Below are positions 21,182-31,551 of a DNA stretch of 64,000 nt, one piece after another. The position numbers were made by a program, and so were the translations under genes. The first letter of the stretch is position 1, and the number at the start of each line of letters is the position of its first letter. Under the pieces are notes generated by a model. It worked only from the letters and a program-made list of their open reading frames with translations. It did no database searches and had not been told where the DNA came from. Source of the stretch: an uncultured Verrucomicrobiae bacterium (GTDB lineage Bacteria > Verrucomicrobiota > Verrucomicrobiia > Chthoniobacterales > JAFAMB01); assembly GCA_963813025.1 (NCBI GenBank), contig CAWEXO010000009.1, forward strand, positions 64,001-128,000, read 5' to 3'.

Positions 21182-22757
21182 AGTACTTCCAGTTCAGATC
21201 AGGAAAAAGATTATCCCGGCTCTCGCAGTTCTCCAGGAATGGCCGATCCATTACTCCACCCTTGAGTTGGTCATAAAGCCGCGTGAAACGCAGAATGTGA
21301 TCGCGAGTTCTTTTGATGGCGTAAGGCTTTGCGGTGCCGGTCTTCATCAGAAAAGCCCAATCGCTCGATTGCGCCAATAAAAGCTCGCGCGCCATTTGTC
21401 GCAGCATGCGTTCCTTCCACTTCGCGGTTCGTCCTTTGGACCGTCGCGCGCTCTCGGTCATACGCTTGGCGGCCGTGTGCAAGTGTGGGTAGATCCAGGC
21501 GTTTGCTTCATCCAGCCAAACCTCCCAGAATCCTTTATGGCCCCAGCTGGAGGGGCTTGGCTGAATGATTTGCAAAGTCTCGTGTCGCGCCAGGTAGTCG
21601 TTTGGGGTGATAAGTTCAAACGTCTTCTGGTCGTAAACTGCTTTCCGAATGAAGAGATTCAGAAAGGTGGTGCCTTCATACCACCAATGCCCGAAAAGTT
21701 CGGCGTCAAAGGGACTGAGAATAATCGGTTCAAAGTTGGTCAGGCCCAAAAGGTGATCAATTTGCCGGACGCGGCTCGACATGAAATCCCACGCATGGTG
21801 ATCAACTGCTCCCTGGGCCCAGCCGGGAACATAAAGAGCCTTTTGCGCGGTCCGGCCGGTGATCCGGTGATATTTGATGCCGGTAAATTTCCGCATGCCG
21901 TCGGGCGGCAGAAATGGGCGGAGATAGTCGAGATCTAAATCATATCCGATATCTCGATAGAAGTCGCGGTAGGCGGGGTCTCCGGGATAGCCTTCCTGAG
22001 CGCTCCAGACCTGCTTGCTCGATTCGCGATCCCGGGCAAAAACGGCCGGACCGGCGATAGTAAAACAGGGGGAGTAGATGGCGTAGCGCGGACGCGGAGT
22101 GCCGAACATCAACCCGTGAGCGTCGAGCACGAACCAGCGCAACTCAGCTTCTCGCAGGAAGTTCTCCAACCCCTCAAAGTAGGCGCACTCCGGCAGCCAA
22201 ATACCGCGCGGAGCCCTCTGGAAGTTCGCTTTATAGTCATCGCGGGCGATCAAGATCTGGGCGCGCACCGCTTCGGGCTGCTGCTGCATTAGTGGCAAGA
22301 ACCCATGGGTGGCCGCGCAGGTAATGATCTCGATAAACCCGGCATCCTGAAACTTCCGAAAAGCGCCGACAAGATCGCTCCTCAGTCGCTCAACATAGAT
22401 CTCGCGGCACTCGGAAAAGCGCGAGTGATACATCCGGGCAAGGTGATTCAGTTCCTGCCAGTTTTGGGTGCGGTCGATTTCTCGTCGGGACAGTTCGATC
22501 GCCCGATCGATATAGCGCAGGTAACGCTCGCGGAGCAGTTCGTCATTGAGCATCGCGCAGAGGGTCGGCGTGATGGACATCGTGAGGCGGAATGGCACGT
22601 TGTCCCGCGCCAAGCCCTCGAGCATTTGCCAGACAGGCACATAAGTCTCGGTGATGGCTTCGAAAAGCCAATCCTCTTCGAGAAACTCCGGATACTCCGG
22701 ATGCCGCACGAAGGGGAGATGAGCGTGGAGGAGGAGCGCCAGGTAGCCTTTACGCAT
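21174..22757 (-). CDS. GH57 1,4-alpha-glucan branching enzyme (DUF1957)
   Basis: HAHLPFVRHP, WLFEAITETY, GIWLPECAY, DAELFGHWWYEG, QSSDWAF. Confidence 0.93.
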   Translation of the reverse strand: MRKGYLALLLHAHLPFVRHPEYPEFLEEDWLFEAITETYVPVWQMLEGLARDNVPFRLTMSITPTLCAMLNDELLRERYLRYIDRAIELSRREIDRTQNWQELNHLARMYHSRFSECREIYVERLRSDLVGAFRKFQDAGFIEIITCAATHGFLPLMQQQPEAVRAQILIARDDYKANFQRAPRGIWLPECAYFEGLENFLREAELRWFVLDAHGLMFGTPRPRYAIYSPCFTIAGPAVFARDRESSKQVWSAQEGYPGDPAYRDFYRDIGYDLDLDYLRPFLPPDGMRKFTGIKYHRITGRTAQKALYVPGWAQGAVDHHAWDFMSSRVRQIDHLLGLTNFEPIILSPFDAELFGHWWYEGTTFLNLFIRKAVYDQKTFELITPNDYLARHETLQIIQPSPSSWGHKGFWEVWLDEANAWIYPHLHTAAKRMTESARRSKGRTAKWKERMLRQMARELLLAQSSDWAFLMKTGTAKPYAIKRTRDHILRFTRLYDQLKGGVMDRPFLENCESRDNLFPDLNWKYYA

Positions 22758-22802
22758 GTAGTGAAAAAACTAAAGCGTTTAGAAGGCCGAAAGGCTAGTT
22801 CA

Positions 22803-22838
22803 GAAGTTGCGGGAGTTGCAGGAATTCCAGGAGTTGCA
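22803..22838. repeat. Nonamer tandem array GGAGTTGCA
   Basis: 4 degenerate units. Confidence 0.7.
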
Positions 22839-23083
22839 CGGAGGCGGCGCGCTTCATCGGACGAGCCCACCAGGAGCTCCGTCAACGTAGGACAAGTTGC
22901 CAGCTTTTCAGGTCACCAAAGTGGAGCGGATGGTCGTGTCGGACGTTGGTTCATGTCCCTTTGGGACCGGGAAAGTCAAAGTCCTACACCAGCCTTCCCG
23001 CCGGTCCGGAAAGCTGACAAGCTGGAAGCTTAGGTTACTCCTCCAGGGCAAAATGCTAATGACCTTAGCGCACCGCGCGCCTC

Positions 23084-24493
23084 CTACAGGTCGAAATACA
23101 TGTAAAATTCGTACGGATGCGGGCGTAGCCGAAGAGCGTCATACTCCTTTTTTTTCATGCCGATCCAGTTATCGATGAAATCCTTGTTGAAAACATCTCC
23201 CTTAGGAGGAATTCATGATCTTCTTCCATGGCCTCCATCGCTCCGACGAGCGAATCGGGCACGCTCGGCACCTTGGCCAGTTCTTCCGGTGCAAGTTCGT
23301 AAAGGTTTTTGTCGAGCGGATCGCCGGGATCAATCCGGTTTTGAATGCCGTCCAGGCCGGCAAGCAGGAGCGCGGCGAAACGCCAGGTACGGATTGGCAG
23401 CCGGATCCGGGGTACGGAACTCGACTCGTTTGGCTTTCGGGTTCGGCGAATAGGTCGGAATCCGAATGGCGGCGGACCGATTACGAGCGGAATAGGCGAG
23501 GTTAACCGGCGCTTCGAAACCAGGCACCAGACGCTTATAGCTATTCGTGGTCGGGTTGTAGATCGCGGTAAGGGCACGCGCATGTTTCAGTATCCCCCGA
23601 TATAGAACAGAGCCATTTCGCTTAGCCCGGCATATTTGTCGCCGGCAAACAGCGGTTTGCCGTCTTTCCAGAGCGATTGGTGCGTATGCATGCCCGAACC
23701 GTTGTCTCCAAAGAGCGGTTTTGGCATGAAGGTCACGACCTTGTTGTACTTCTTGGCCACATTCTTGGTGATGTACTTGTAGTACATCATGTGGTCGCCC
23801 ATCACTTTCAGCGGCGCGAACCTGATGTCGATCTCGGCCTGGCCGGCTGTGCCGACCTCGTGATGTTGCCGCTCGATCGGGCACTCCCGCCGACTCCATT
23901 TCAAGGCACATCTCGTTTCGGATATCCTGCAGCGTATCCGTTGGTGAAACCGGGAAATAGCCTTCTTTGTGACGAATCTTGTGGCCCAGGTTTGGAAACT
24001 CTTCGCGGGCTGTGTTCCAGATACCTTCCGCGCTGTCAACGCTGTGAAAGGAGCTGTTGGCGCTGTACTCGTACCGAACATCATCGAAAATAAAGAATTC
24101 CGCCTCTGGCCCAAAAAAGGCGGTATCAGCCAGACCGGTGCTTTGAGATAAGCCTCTGCTTTTTCGGCCACGCCACGCGGATCACGGTCATAAGGTTCAC
24201 GGGTGATGGGATCCTTGATCGTACAGATAAAGCTGAGGGTCGGTTCGGCATTGAAGATATCGATCCAAGCGGTTGAAGGATCAGGAATGACAAGCATGTC
24301 GCTGGCATTGATCACCTCTCCATCCGCGAATGCTCGATCCATCAAACCCAAGGCCGTCGTTGAAGATGTCCTCGCTGTATTCGTTCATGGTCGTCGTAAA
24401 GTGCTGCCAGGTTCCTAGCAGGTCGGCAAATTTGAAGTCGATGAGTTTAATACCCTTTTCTTCAATAAATCGGGATACTTCGGCTGGAGTCAT
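23084..24493 (-). CDS. glnA: Glutamine synthetase type I, with several frameshifts (probable sequence errors)
   Basis: [66 protein letters not shown] across several frames. Confidence 0.93.
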
Positions 24494-24550
24494 ATTCGTG
24501 TAACTTGAACGCTAGTTTAGGCTTTGAAGAAAGCAGGCAGCCGGCTCGTT

Positions 24551-24895
24551 TTAGATCGCCTGTTCCCCGCGTTCCTCTGTACGGATGCGGATAACTTCCA
24601 GAAGATCATGAACGAAAATCTGACCATCTCCCTTATTCCCAGTCTGTGCGCACTGCTTTATTGCAGCTACCGCGGAGCCTAGCAAATCGTTTCTTACTAT
24701 CAGTTCAACTTTCAACTTTGGAATGAAACGAGGGAGTGCAGGCGCGAATCGGCCGACATCGGTTCGAAGCGCCGGGGCTTGAACGACGAAGCCCTTTACC
24801 TCGATGACGGTCATGCCCTCGATCCCTAGCTCCGCCAACCCGGTCTTAACCTCTTCCAGCTTGAACGGTTTGATGATCGCCTCGATTTTTTTCAT
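24551..24895 (-). CDS. P-II family nitrogen regulator with a non-canonical T-loop
   Basis: MKKIEAIIKPFKLEEVK..EVKGF; TGNKGDGQIF; RIRTEERGEQAI. Confidence 0.9.
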   Translation of the reverse strand: MKKIEAIIKPFKLEEVKTGLAELGIEGMTVIEVKGFVVQAPALRTDVGRFAPALPRFIPKLKVELIVRNDLLGSAVAAIKQCAQTGNKGDGQIFVHDLLEVIRIRTEERGEQAI

Positions 24896-24920
24896 TTTGG
24901 CAACCAGAAAACCATCCCTT

Positions 24921-24967
24921 CAAAAAGGCGCGAGGAAGTGAGACTCCCTCCAAGTCCACTTCCTCGC
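24921..24967 (-). terminator. Leader hairpin followed by a T-tract upstream of PII-glnA (possible attenuator)
   Basis: GCGAGGAAGTG / CACTTCCTCGC stem followed by GCCTTTTTG on the minus strand. Confidence 0.5.
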
Positions 24968-25096
24968 AAGGTACTCGCGCATCTCGTTTTCCTGACCACT
25001 TTGATCCCTTTCATCCCTGTCAAAGTCGGCTCAAGCCCCTAAACTGATACGCGAATGTTTACATTCGGATTCCCGAATGAAGCCGCCTACTGAGTC

Positions 25097-25112
25097 AGCA
25101 CATGGTGTGCCA
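25097..25112 (-). promoter_or_regulatory. Sigma-54 (-24/-12) promoter for PII-glnA
   Basis: TGGCAC-N5-GTGCT with GG-N10-GC spacing, oriented toward the nitrogen genes. Confidence 0.65.
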
Positions 25113-25116
25113 GCCT

Positions 25117-25366
25117 GCGTTCCGCGTTCCGCGTGTCGCGTTTCACGTTTCACGTTTCACGTTTCAACATCTCGCGTGTCACGTGCCGCTTTGACTTAAC
25201 GCGGAACTTGTCGCGCCGTAGTCCCCCCGCAAATGGGGGACGGAGGCGGACGGCCAGGTCCGGATCGAAGAGGTTACCAGCGAGCCGCGCCTTCTCCAGC
25301 GAAGAGCCGATAGCGGCCGCAACTCGAAACGCGAAACGTGAAACGTGAAACGCGAAACGTGAAACG
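25117..25366. repeat. Inverted pair of heptamer arrays, (TTTCACG)n ... (CGTGAAA)n
   Basis: Arms 25117-25189 and 25321-25366. Confidence 0.88.
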
Positions 25367-25571
25367 GTGACCGATCTGTCTACAAAGCAACAATGCTGCC
25401 CGTGCAAAGCGGTCGGATTGGCGTTTTCTAGACAACCGCCTCGACGGAGAATCTGCATCGGCGAGTCATTCGAGAGCGGACGTCTGGGATCTTAGTTCCA
25501 CCCGGTTTTGTAAAGACTTTTTTGCCACTTGCCGTTGACCATAAAGGTGCCATGTATGCCAGACGATCGCT

Positions 25572-26021
25572 ATGACGCACGAAGAATTTGAGGACTTGAT
25601 CAAGGAAATACGCGAGGAGGATCCGGACCAGCTGAGTTCGGAATACCTCGTGCGCGATAACCCGTTGAAAGAAGAAGTGTTATCGCGCTTTGAGAACAAG
25701 GCTGGGTTTACCTTTCCGGAGGAGTATCGCTATTTTCTGAAGCGTTACGGCGCAGGTGAGATCGGTACCGTAACGATTTTGTCGCCGGACCCGGACAGCC
25801 AATTTGCGCTCTCCCTAAGCGACGACGATCCAAGCCGGAAAGGCGGCGTCGCTTTTGCACAGGACAGCGACGGAAATTCCTATGCATTTCTGGTCGAAAA
25901 CAACGTCTGTTCGAAAGACGTTTGGCTGGCCGAACGGAACGGACACGGCGATCTCACTTACACGGACTACGAGGATTTTTTCGAGTTTGTCGCGGAAGTC
26001 GGGTTCGGCGCGGATAGCTGA
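25572..26021 (+). CDS. SMI1/KNR4 (SUKH) family protein
   Basis: LSRFENKAGFTFPEEYRYFLKRYGAG, FAQDSDGNSYAF, DFFEFV. Confidence 0.8.
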   Translation: MTHEEFEDLIKEIREEDPDQLSSEYLVRDNPLKEEVLSRFENKAGFTFPEEYRYFLKRYGAGEIGTVTILSPDPDSQFALSLSDDDPSRKGGVAFAQDSDGNSYAFLVENNVCSKDVWLAERNGHGDLTYTDYEDFFEFVAEVGFGADS

Positions 26022-26025
26022 GCGA

Positions 26026-26430
26026 CTAATTGGAGAGATCTCTTTTCGTCGATGAGTTGCGTTTACCATCCGGGATGAGGGGGGCTCCCGCGATGATCAA
26101 CCGTCTTGCTTCTTCTGCGGTCAGCGAAGGATTGATGGCGAATAATTTAGCGGCCAGGTTCGTTACCTGAGGCGCTGCTATCGAAGTGCCGGAAGCCCGT
26201 ATTTTCTTGCCCCGGGGGATGAAACTTTCGACGTGGTATCCGTTGGCATACACGACGACAGTTTTACCATAACTGGTGAAGGTCGTAGCATCACACGCTT
26301 GATTAGTTGCTCCGACTGTAATGAGATTGCGCGAGTCCAAGGAGGCGGGCACATCTTCCAGAAACCCAGCGTCGCTGTCGGCATTTCCGGCTGCCGTAAC
26401 AAATAACGCATTGGGCGAAGCCTGCATTGC
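26026..26430 (-). pseudogene. S8 subtilase C-terminal fragment
   Basis: FVTAAGN, ITVGAT, SGTSIAAPQV; catalytic Asp/His region absent. Confidence 0.8.
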
Positions 26431-26496
26431 TTCGAGGATCCGGTGGGCGGAAGGTCCCGCTTAATACACACATCAAAAGATTGTGTAATGACGGTA

Positions 26497-26709
26497 ATGC
26501 CTCAATCACTCGCGCTCGTTTTGGTCCACGTTATCTTCTCGACCACAGACTCCGTGGTCGGTTACATCGCCAACCAGGAGATGCAGCATCACAAGATGAC
26601 CTTCCAGAAGGAGTTCCGAGCGTTTCTGAACAAACACGGCGCTCGTTTTGGTGAGCGCCATATCTGGGATCAGCGTCCGGCCGATCTGCCGCCCGTTCAG
26701 GGCGGCTGA
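26497..26709 (+). mobile_element. IS200/IS605 (Y1) TnpA remnant with an internal deletion
   Basis: MPQSLALVLVHVIFST joined directly to YIANQEMQHHKMTFQKEFRAFLNKHG; HUH segment missing. Confidence 0.8.
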
Positions 26710-26859
26710 CGAGGGAGACGATTCCCCCCGGGGTTAAAAACGCCGGGCTTAGTCCTGATGTCCCTTCGGGACAAGAAACAAAGTCCGACAGACCCAGGGT
26801 GCCGGCGCTACCTGCAAGTCCGACATGCCCGGGCTGTCCGCGCTACGCCGCTACGGCCC

Positions 26860-27876
26860 TCAAGGTGCCGGCTTGACGGCCGGTTCCATCGGCGGCGGAG
26901 AGCTGCTGGACTTCGCAGCGTGTTTTACCAGCGAGAAAAGGTCGCTGTCGGTCGAGAGGACCAGGGTAGAGTCTTCGTGAAAACCTGGTGATAGGTCTCG
27001 AGCGTCTTGAGAAAAGTATAGAATTCCGCCGCCTGCGGATTTGGTTATACGCGCGGGCGTAAATCTCCGTGGCTTTGGCGTCCGCCTCACCTCGGATTTG
27101 CTGCACTTGGCGGTAAGCATTCGACTGGATTTGGTTGAGATCGCGTTCGCGTTGGCCGGCAATGCGGGCCGATTCGCCCTCTCCCTCCGAGCGAAAACGC
27201 TGGGCGATCTGGAGCCGCTCGCTGATCATCCGTTGATAAATGCGGGCGAGGACATCAGGGTTGTAGTTTACGCGCTTGATCCGGAAATCGAGCACCTCGA
27301 TACCGAACTGAGCGAGTTTTTGCGTCGCGGCGGTTTTAATTTCGTCCTCGATCTTCTGACGACCGAACTGAATCGGTGGCAGGATGCCGATAGCGCCGGT
27401 TGCGACCACCGTGTAAACGTTTCGTCGCGCATCGGCTGGCGATCTTTGTCGGTGCGCACGATTTCGATAAGATCATGTTTGGCGATCGAGTTCCGCGTTT
27501 CGCTGCCGAGGATGTCGTCGAGGCGGGACAGAGGCGCTGCGTTCATCGTGCAAACGCACGAAATAGGTTTTCGGGTCGGCGATGCGCCAGCGCGCGAAAG
27601 CGTCCACGTGAATGTAGGTCTTGTCTCTGGTCGGGATGGCAACTGGCGCGCCGTCCCATTCCAGAAAACGCTTGTCGAGACTATTCACTTTTTGCACAAA
27701 GGGGATCTTGAAATGCAGTCCCGGCTCAGTGATGGGGCTCCCGACCGGTTGCCCAAATTGCGTGATGATCACCTGTTCGGTCTGGTCAATTGTATAGAAC
27801 GCGCCGGAGAAGACGAGGAACAGGAAAAAGCAACCGCGAGAAGTGCCGCGGTAAGAAGATAACTCTTTCTGGTCAT
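26860..27876 (-). CDS. hflC: Protease modulator HflC, frameshifted
   Basis: IITQFGQPV..PGLHFKIPFVQ, DFRIKRVN, RMISER..RSEGEGES. Confidence 0.88.
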
Positions 27877-28862
27877 GGCCGGTTTTCTCCGGGCTTGGTC
27901 GAGAGGGGGAGGACCGGCAGCAGTTGCCGAGAGACTCATCGATAACAATTTTTTGCCCAGTTTGGGGCAGGACTTCGCTCATGGTCTCTAGGTAAAGGCG
28001 GGTTCGGGTAATCTCTGGCGCTTTCGATATATTGTTGGAGCACCGCACTGAAAGCCGCGACATCACCCTCAGCTTCGTTGACCCGTTTGAAACGGTAGCC
28101 CTCCGCTGCCCGGATTGTCTGATCGGCTTCGCCTTTCGCTCTGCGGCACAACCTTGTTGTATTCGCCGTTGGCGATATTGATCGCGTTTTCGCGGTCCTG
28201 TTGAGCTTTGTTTACCTCGTTGAACGACGCTTGCACTTCGGTCGGCGGGTTCACGTTTTTCAATTGCACCTGATCGACCCGAATTCCGAGGCTGTAGCGC
28301 TTCGCCAATTCCTGCATCCGCGCGAGCGCTTCGGTTTCAATGTCCTGCCGTCCGATGGTAATCAGTTCGTCAACCGTGCGGTCGCCCACCACCTCCCTCA
28401 TCGCGGCTTCGGACAGGTCACGAAGAGTTTCCCCGGGGTTGCGCACATCGAACAAGATATTGCCTTGGGATCTTCGATGCGATATTGCACGACCCATTCG
28501 ACGAGTGCGGCATTCAGGTCACCGGTGACCATGGATTTTTCCTCGTCCGGTTCCGCGCCGGCCTGAATCGGATTTGTGGTGTAGCCGGGCGTTGAAAAGC
28601 CGAACTCGAGCTTTAACTGTCGCCGGGTCGGCAGCATGGTCACCGTGTCAATCCCAAAAGGCAGCTTGAAGTGCAGCCCCGGATCGACCGTCTGGAAATA
28701 CTTTCCAAAACGGCGCACCACGCCCTGAGACTCGGGTCCCACAGTGTAAGAAGCCGTGAGCAGCGCAATAGCCAGGAGGAGACCAAGGACAATGGTGCCA
28801 ATCCAGGCAAGCGATGGGAGCCTCAAATTCAACGGTATAGTGCGGGGATCGTAATTCGCCAC
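27873..28862 (-). CDS. hflK: FtsH protease modulator HflK, frameshifted
   Basis: VVRRFGKY..PGLHFKLPFGID, MVTGDLN, EAAMREVVG, NPPTEVQASFNEV. Confidence 0.88.
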
Positions 28863-28906
28863 AGAGGAAGGCTAGGCAGACATCCGCTTCGATTCGAGTT
28901 AAAATT

Positions 28907-28926
28907 CAGTGCCAGTGCCAGTGCCA
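28907..28926. repeat. (CAGTGC)x3 array
   Basis: Read directly; followed by GTCATTG-like units at 28952-28992. Confidence 0.8.
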
Positions 28927-29063
28927 GGAGTGGGGAGTTCAAGCACCGTCGGTCATTTGGATTGGCCATCGGTCATTGGCAGTGTCATTGGTGAAAGTAG
29001 GTGATAGCTCCTCCATCGGAAATTGCCCTTCGCAAAAATCTGCGAGAGAGTTCACCGGGAGAG

Positions 29064-29736
29064 ATGACCGGCCAAATAGACATCGAATCGAAACTCCGGG
29101 GGAGCAGCACGGCCGGGCCGAGTTCTCTCCGTTAACATCAGCGCTATTCGGACAGTCACCTCACGGGGAAGACCGGTTACCACTGGGATTTACAAGGAAC
29201 CTGTCAATGGACGCGTGCGAGTCGCTGGAGTGAACATCGAGGGCGATGATCAGGCTGATCGCAAAAATCACGGCGGCCCGCACAAAGCGGTCTATGCGTA
29301 CGCCATTGAAGACTACGAATGGTTTTCGAAACAGCAGCATCGAGCCTTTAGGCCGGGCGATTTCGGCGAGAATCTCACGATTAAGGGAGTAGACATTACA
29401 AGGGCGGTGATCGGCGAACGGTGGGTAATTGGTTCGGTCGAATTCGAAATTTCCGAGCCCAGGATTCCTTGCTATAAGCTCGGCATAAAGGTTCAAGATC
29501 CTCGTTTTCCCGCGGCTTTCGCCAAAGCGGAGCGGCCGGGAGCTTACCTGCGGATCATCCGAGAGGGGGCACTTGGAAGTGCCGATTCTGTTCGAATTCT
29601 CTCCCGACCCGACCACGGTGTCACGATTCAGGACGTTGCCGACGCGTACCTCTTCAATCACGCTTTGCTCCGCCGCCTGCTCGATGTGCCGCAGCTGCGC
29701 TCTGTTTGGCATGACCGTGCCAGGGACGCGATGTAA
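29064..29736 (+). CDS. MOSC domain protein (YiiM-like); 5' end probably frameshifted
   Basis: VTTGIYKEPV, GDDQADRKNHGGPHKAVYAY, FGENLT, PRIPCYKL; only upstream ATG (29064) is out of frame. Confidence 0.85.
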
Positions 29737-29862
29737 TACGGCGGCAGTCAGCAGAGTACGGACCAGGCCTTCCGCCTCCGTCCCCATTTCGGGGGACAAC
29801 GGTACGACAAGTTCCGCGCTGCCCGACTCGGCACCTCACGAACGCCACTAGCACTAGCACTC

Positions 29863-31254
29863 CTAAGAAACTAAATCCGTGGCTGGGTCTAGAGGCGTGA
29901 GTTGGAGTCCGAATTCTTTGGCTCGTCGGCTGAGATTGTGAAGTAGGCGGTCTTTGTATTTTTTCTCGTAGTAGAGTTGCCCTTGCTCGACATAGGCAGC
30001 TCCGAACTTGAGCATGCGATAGAACAAGCGTGCCAGTTTATGAGCTCCGGCGTTGATGGCGGTGGGTGCCCCCAATCGGGCTTTGATGCGGCGGATAAAA
30101 GCGCCGATGGCCGTCTTACTTTGCATGGCTCCTTGGGCCGCCAGCCGGAACATGGCCGCCGCGCGATTCTTGGTTTTTCTGGGGCTGGAACTGAGCAGTT
30201 TGCCGCCGCTGATGCGATTGTCCGGACAGAGTTTAAGCCAGGAGCAAAAGTGTTTTTCGCTTTTCCAACAGGTCATGTCTAAACCCGTTTCCGAAATGAT
30301 GACTTCCACCGCCAAGGTGCTCAAGCCAGGCAACTGACTCAGATCGACACCACAAACGCTGGCCAGATGCGCTCGGCGCTGCAGGGCTAGGCGAACTTGG
30401 GCCGACCGTGCTTGGGCCGCCCCGCTTTGCTCGAGGGCTTGCTCCAAATCTAGTTTAGTGTCGAATTGCTCAAGTTGTTGCTCAATCTTGCTTTCGCAGG
30501 CGGTGATCTTGAGCTGGTAGGTGTCATAGAGTTCCAGGGCCGTTTGCAAGGCGAAGAGATGCTCGGCTCGGTAATCTCCCTGTAAGGCTTTGACGATCTG
30601 ATCAGTGGATGCTTTCACTTGGGGGTGTTTCATCTGGGCAAGCTTGAGCGGATTGCGTTCTCCGGCCAAAATCGCCCGAATCATCGCCATGCCACTATAA
30701 CCGGTGATGTCGCTCAACACGCGGTGCACTTGGATATTCATTTCGGTTAAGGCCTTCTGCATGCGTAACACATGGCTGCTGCAGTCCTTAACCAAGGTGT
30801 CGCGCAGGCGCAGGAAGCTGCGCAAGACGCAGACCTCGTCCTTGGGTCGGAACGAGCCGTTTAAAAGACCAAAGGTGTGGAGTTGTTGAAGCCATTGGCA
30901 GTCCGAGACGTCGCTTTTGCGTCCAGGCAGATTCTTGACATGAGCTGCGTTGACCAATTTTACCTCCAACCCTCTCTGCTCCAGAATCTGGAACACCGGT
31001 ATCCAATAAACCCCCGTTGATTCCATCACTACGGTCTCAATGTGGTGTTCGCTCAGCCAGTCAGCCATCCGCTGCAGATCGCTCGTAAAAGGGCCAAACT
31101 TGCGCACCGTTTCTGAGCCGCGGTCTTCGGGAATGGCCACCAGGTGAAAATTCGCCCCGATATCGATTCCTGCGGCCTTGAGATTGATCCGTTCCAGAAC
31201 ACTCCGGTGAGTTTTTGATTTGTTCTTTCGCTTGGTCGTGGTTTTCTTTGCCAT
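29863..31254 (-). CDS. IS110 DEDD recombinase/transposase
   Basis: AGIDIG, VVMESTGVYW, KSDVSDCQWL, WLKLCPDNRISGGK, AHKLARLFY. Confidence 0.96.
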   Translation of the reverse strand: MAKKTTTKRKNKSKTHRSVLERINLKAAGIDIGANFHLVAIPEDRGSETVRKFGPFTSDLQRMADWLSEHHIETVVMESTGVYWIPVFQILEQRGLEVKLVNAAHVKNLPGRKSDVSDCQWLQQLHTFGLLNGSFRPKDEVCVLRSFLRLRDTLVKDCSSHVLRMQKALTEMNIQVHRVLSDITGYSGMAMIRAILAGERNPLKLAQMKHPQVKASTDQIVKALQGDYRAEHLFALQTALELYDTYQLKITACESKIEQQLEQFDTKLDLEQALEQSGAAQARSAQVRLALQRRAHLASVCGVDLSQLPGLSTLAVEVIISETGLDMTCWKSEKHFCSWLKLCPDNRISGGKLLSSSPRKTKNRAAAMFRLAAQGAMQSKTAIGAFIRRIKARLGAPTAINAGAHKLARLFYRMLKFGAAYVEQGQLYYEKKYKDRLLHNLSRRAKEFGLQLTPLDPATDLVS

Positions 31255-31299
31255 ACCTCTCTTGGGTTAGATGTTGTTCTTGCTTTCACACTGCAGCGC

Positions 31300-31460
31300 A
31301 TCGGCCCGAGTTGGTAGATAGAGAGAAATCTCCTAAACAGGATAGCTCCAGATCGGCAAACAACCCGATCTGGAGCTTCGCTAATGCAACAACCAAAACG
31401 CTCGGAACCAAACTAGCTATCGGGCATAAAGCTCCAATGCCACACCGGTCTTAACTGCCG
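31300..31460. ncRNA. Candidate IS110 bridge/seek RNA
   Basis: Junction-matching motifs CTCCTAA and AACTAGCTA, each followed by a hairpin and AATGC; strand and ends unknown. Confidence 0.55.
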
Positions 31461-31551
31461 ACCCACTGCTGCCTACTTTCTACGTCGAGATGCCCAAGGC
31501 AATCAATCCAGTGTTTCTTGCCGCAAAAAGAACGCGCAGAGTTCTGGGGAA

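Larger units (their letters stand above)
29862..31551 (-). mobile_element. IS110-family element between CT dinucleotides (29860-61 and 31552-53)
   Basis: Full transposase plus ~300-bp non-coding end; interrupts a hexamer array; no TIR; right boundary could be 4 nt further. Confidence 0.88.

Noticed and set aside
23084..24493. Programmed frameshifting or phase variation in glnA
   Set aside because: Too many breaks, shared with neighbouring genes; sequencing error is simpler.
25117..25366. True parS site
   Set aside because: No complete 16-bp palindrome, only half-site-like tandem units.
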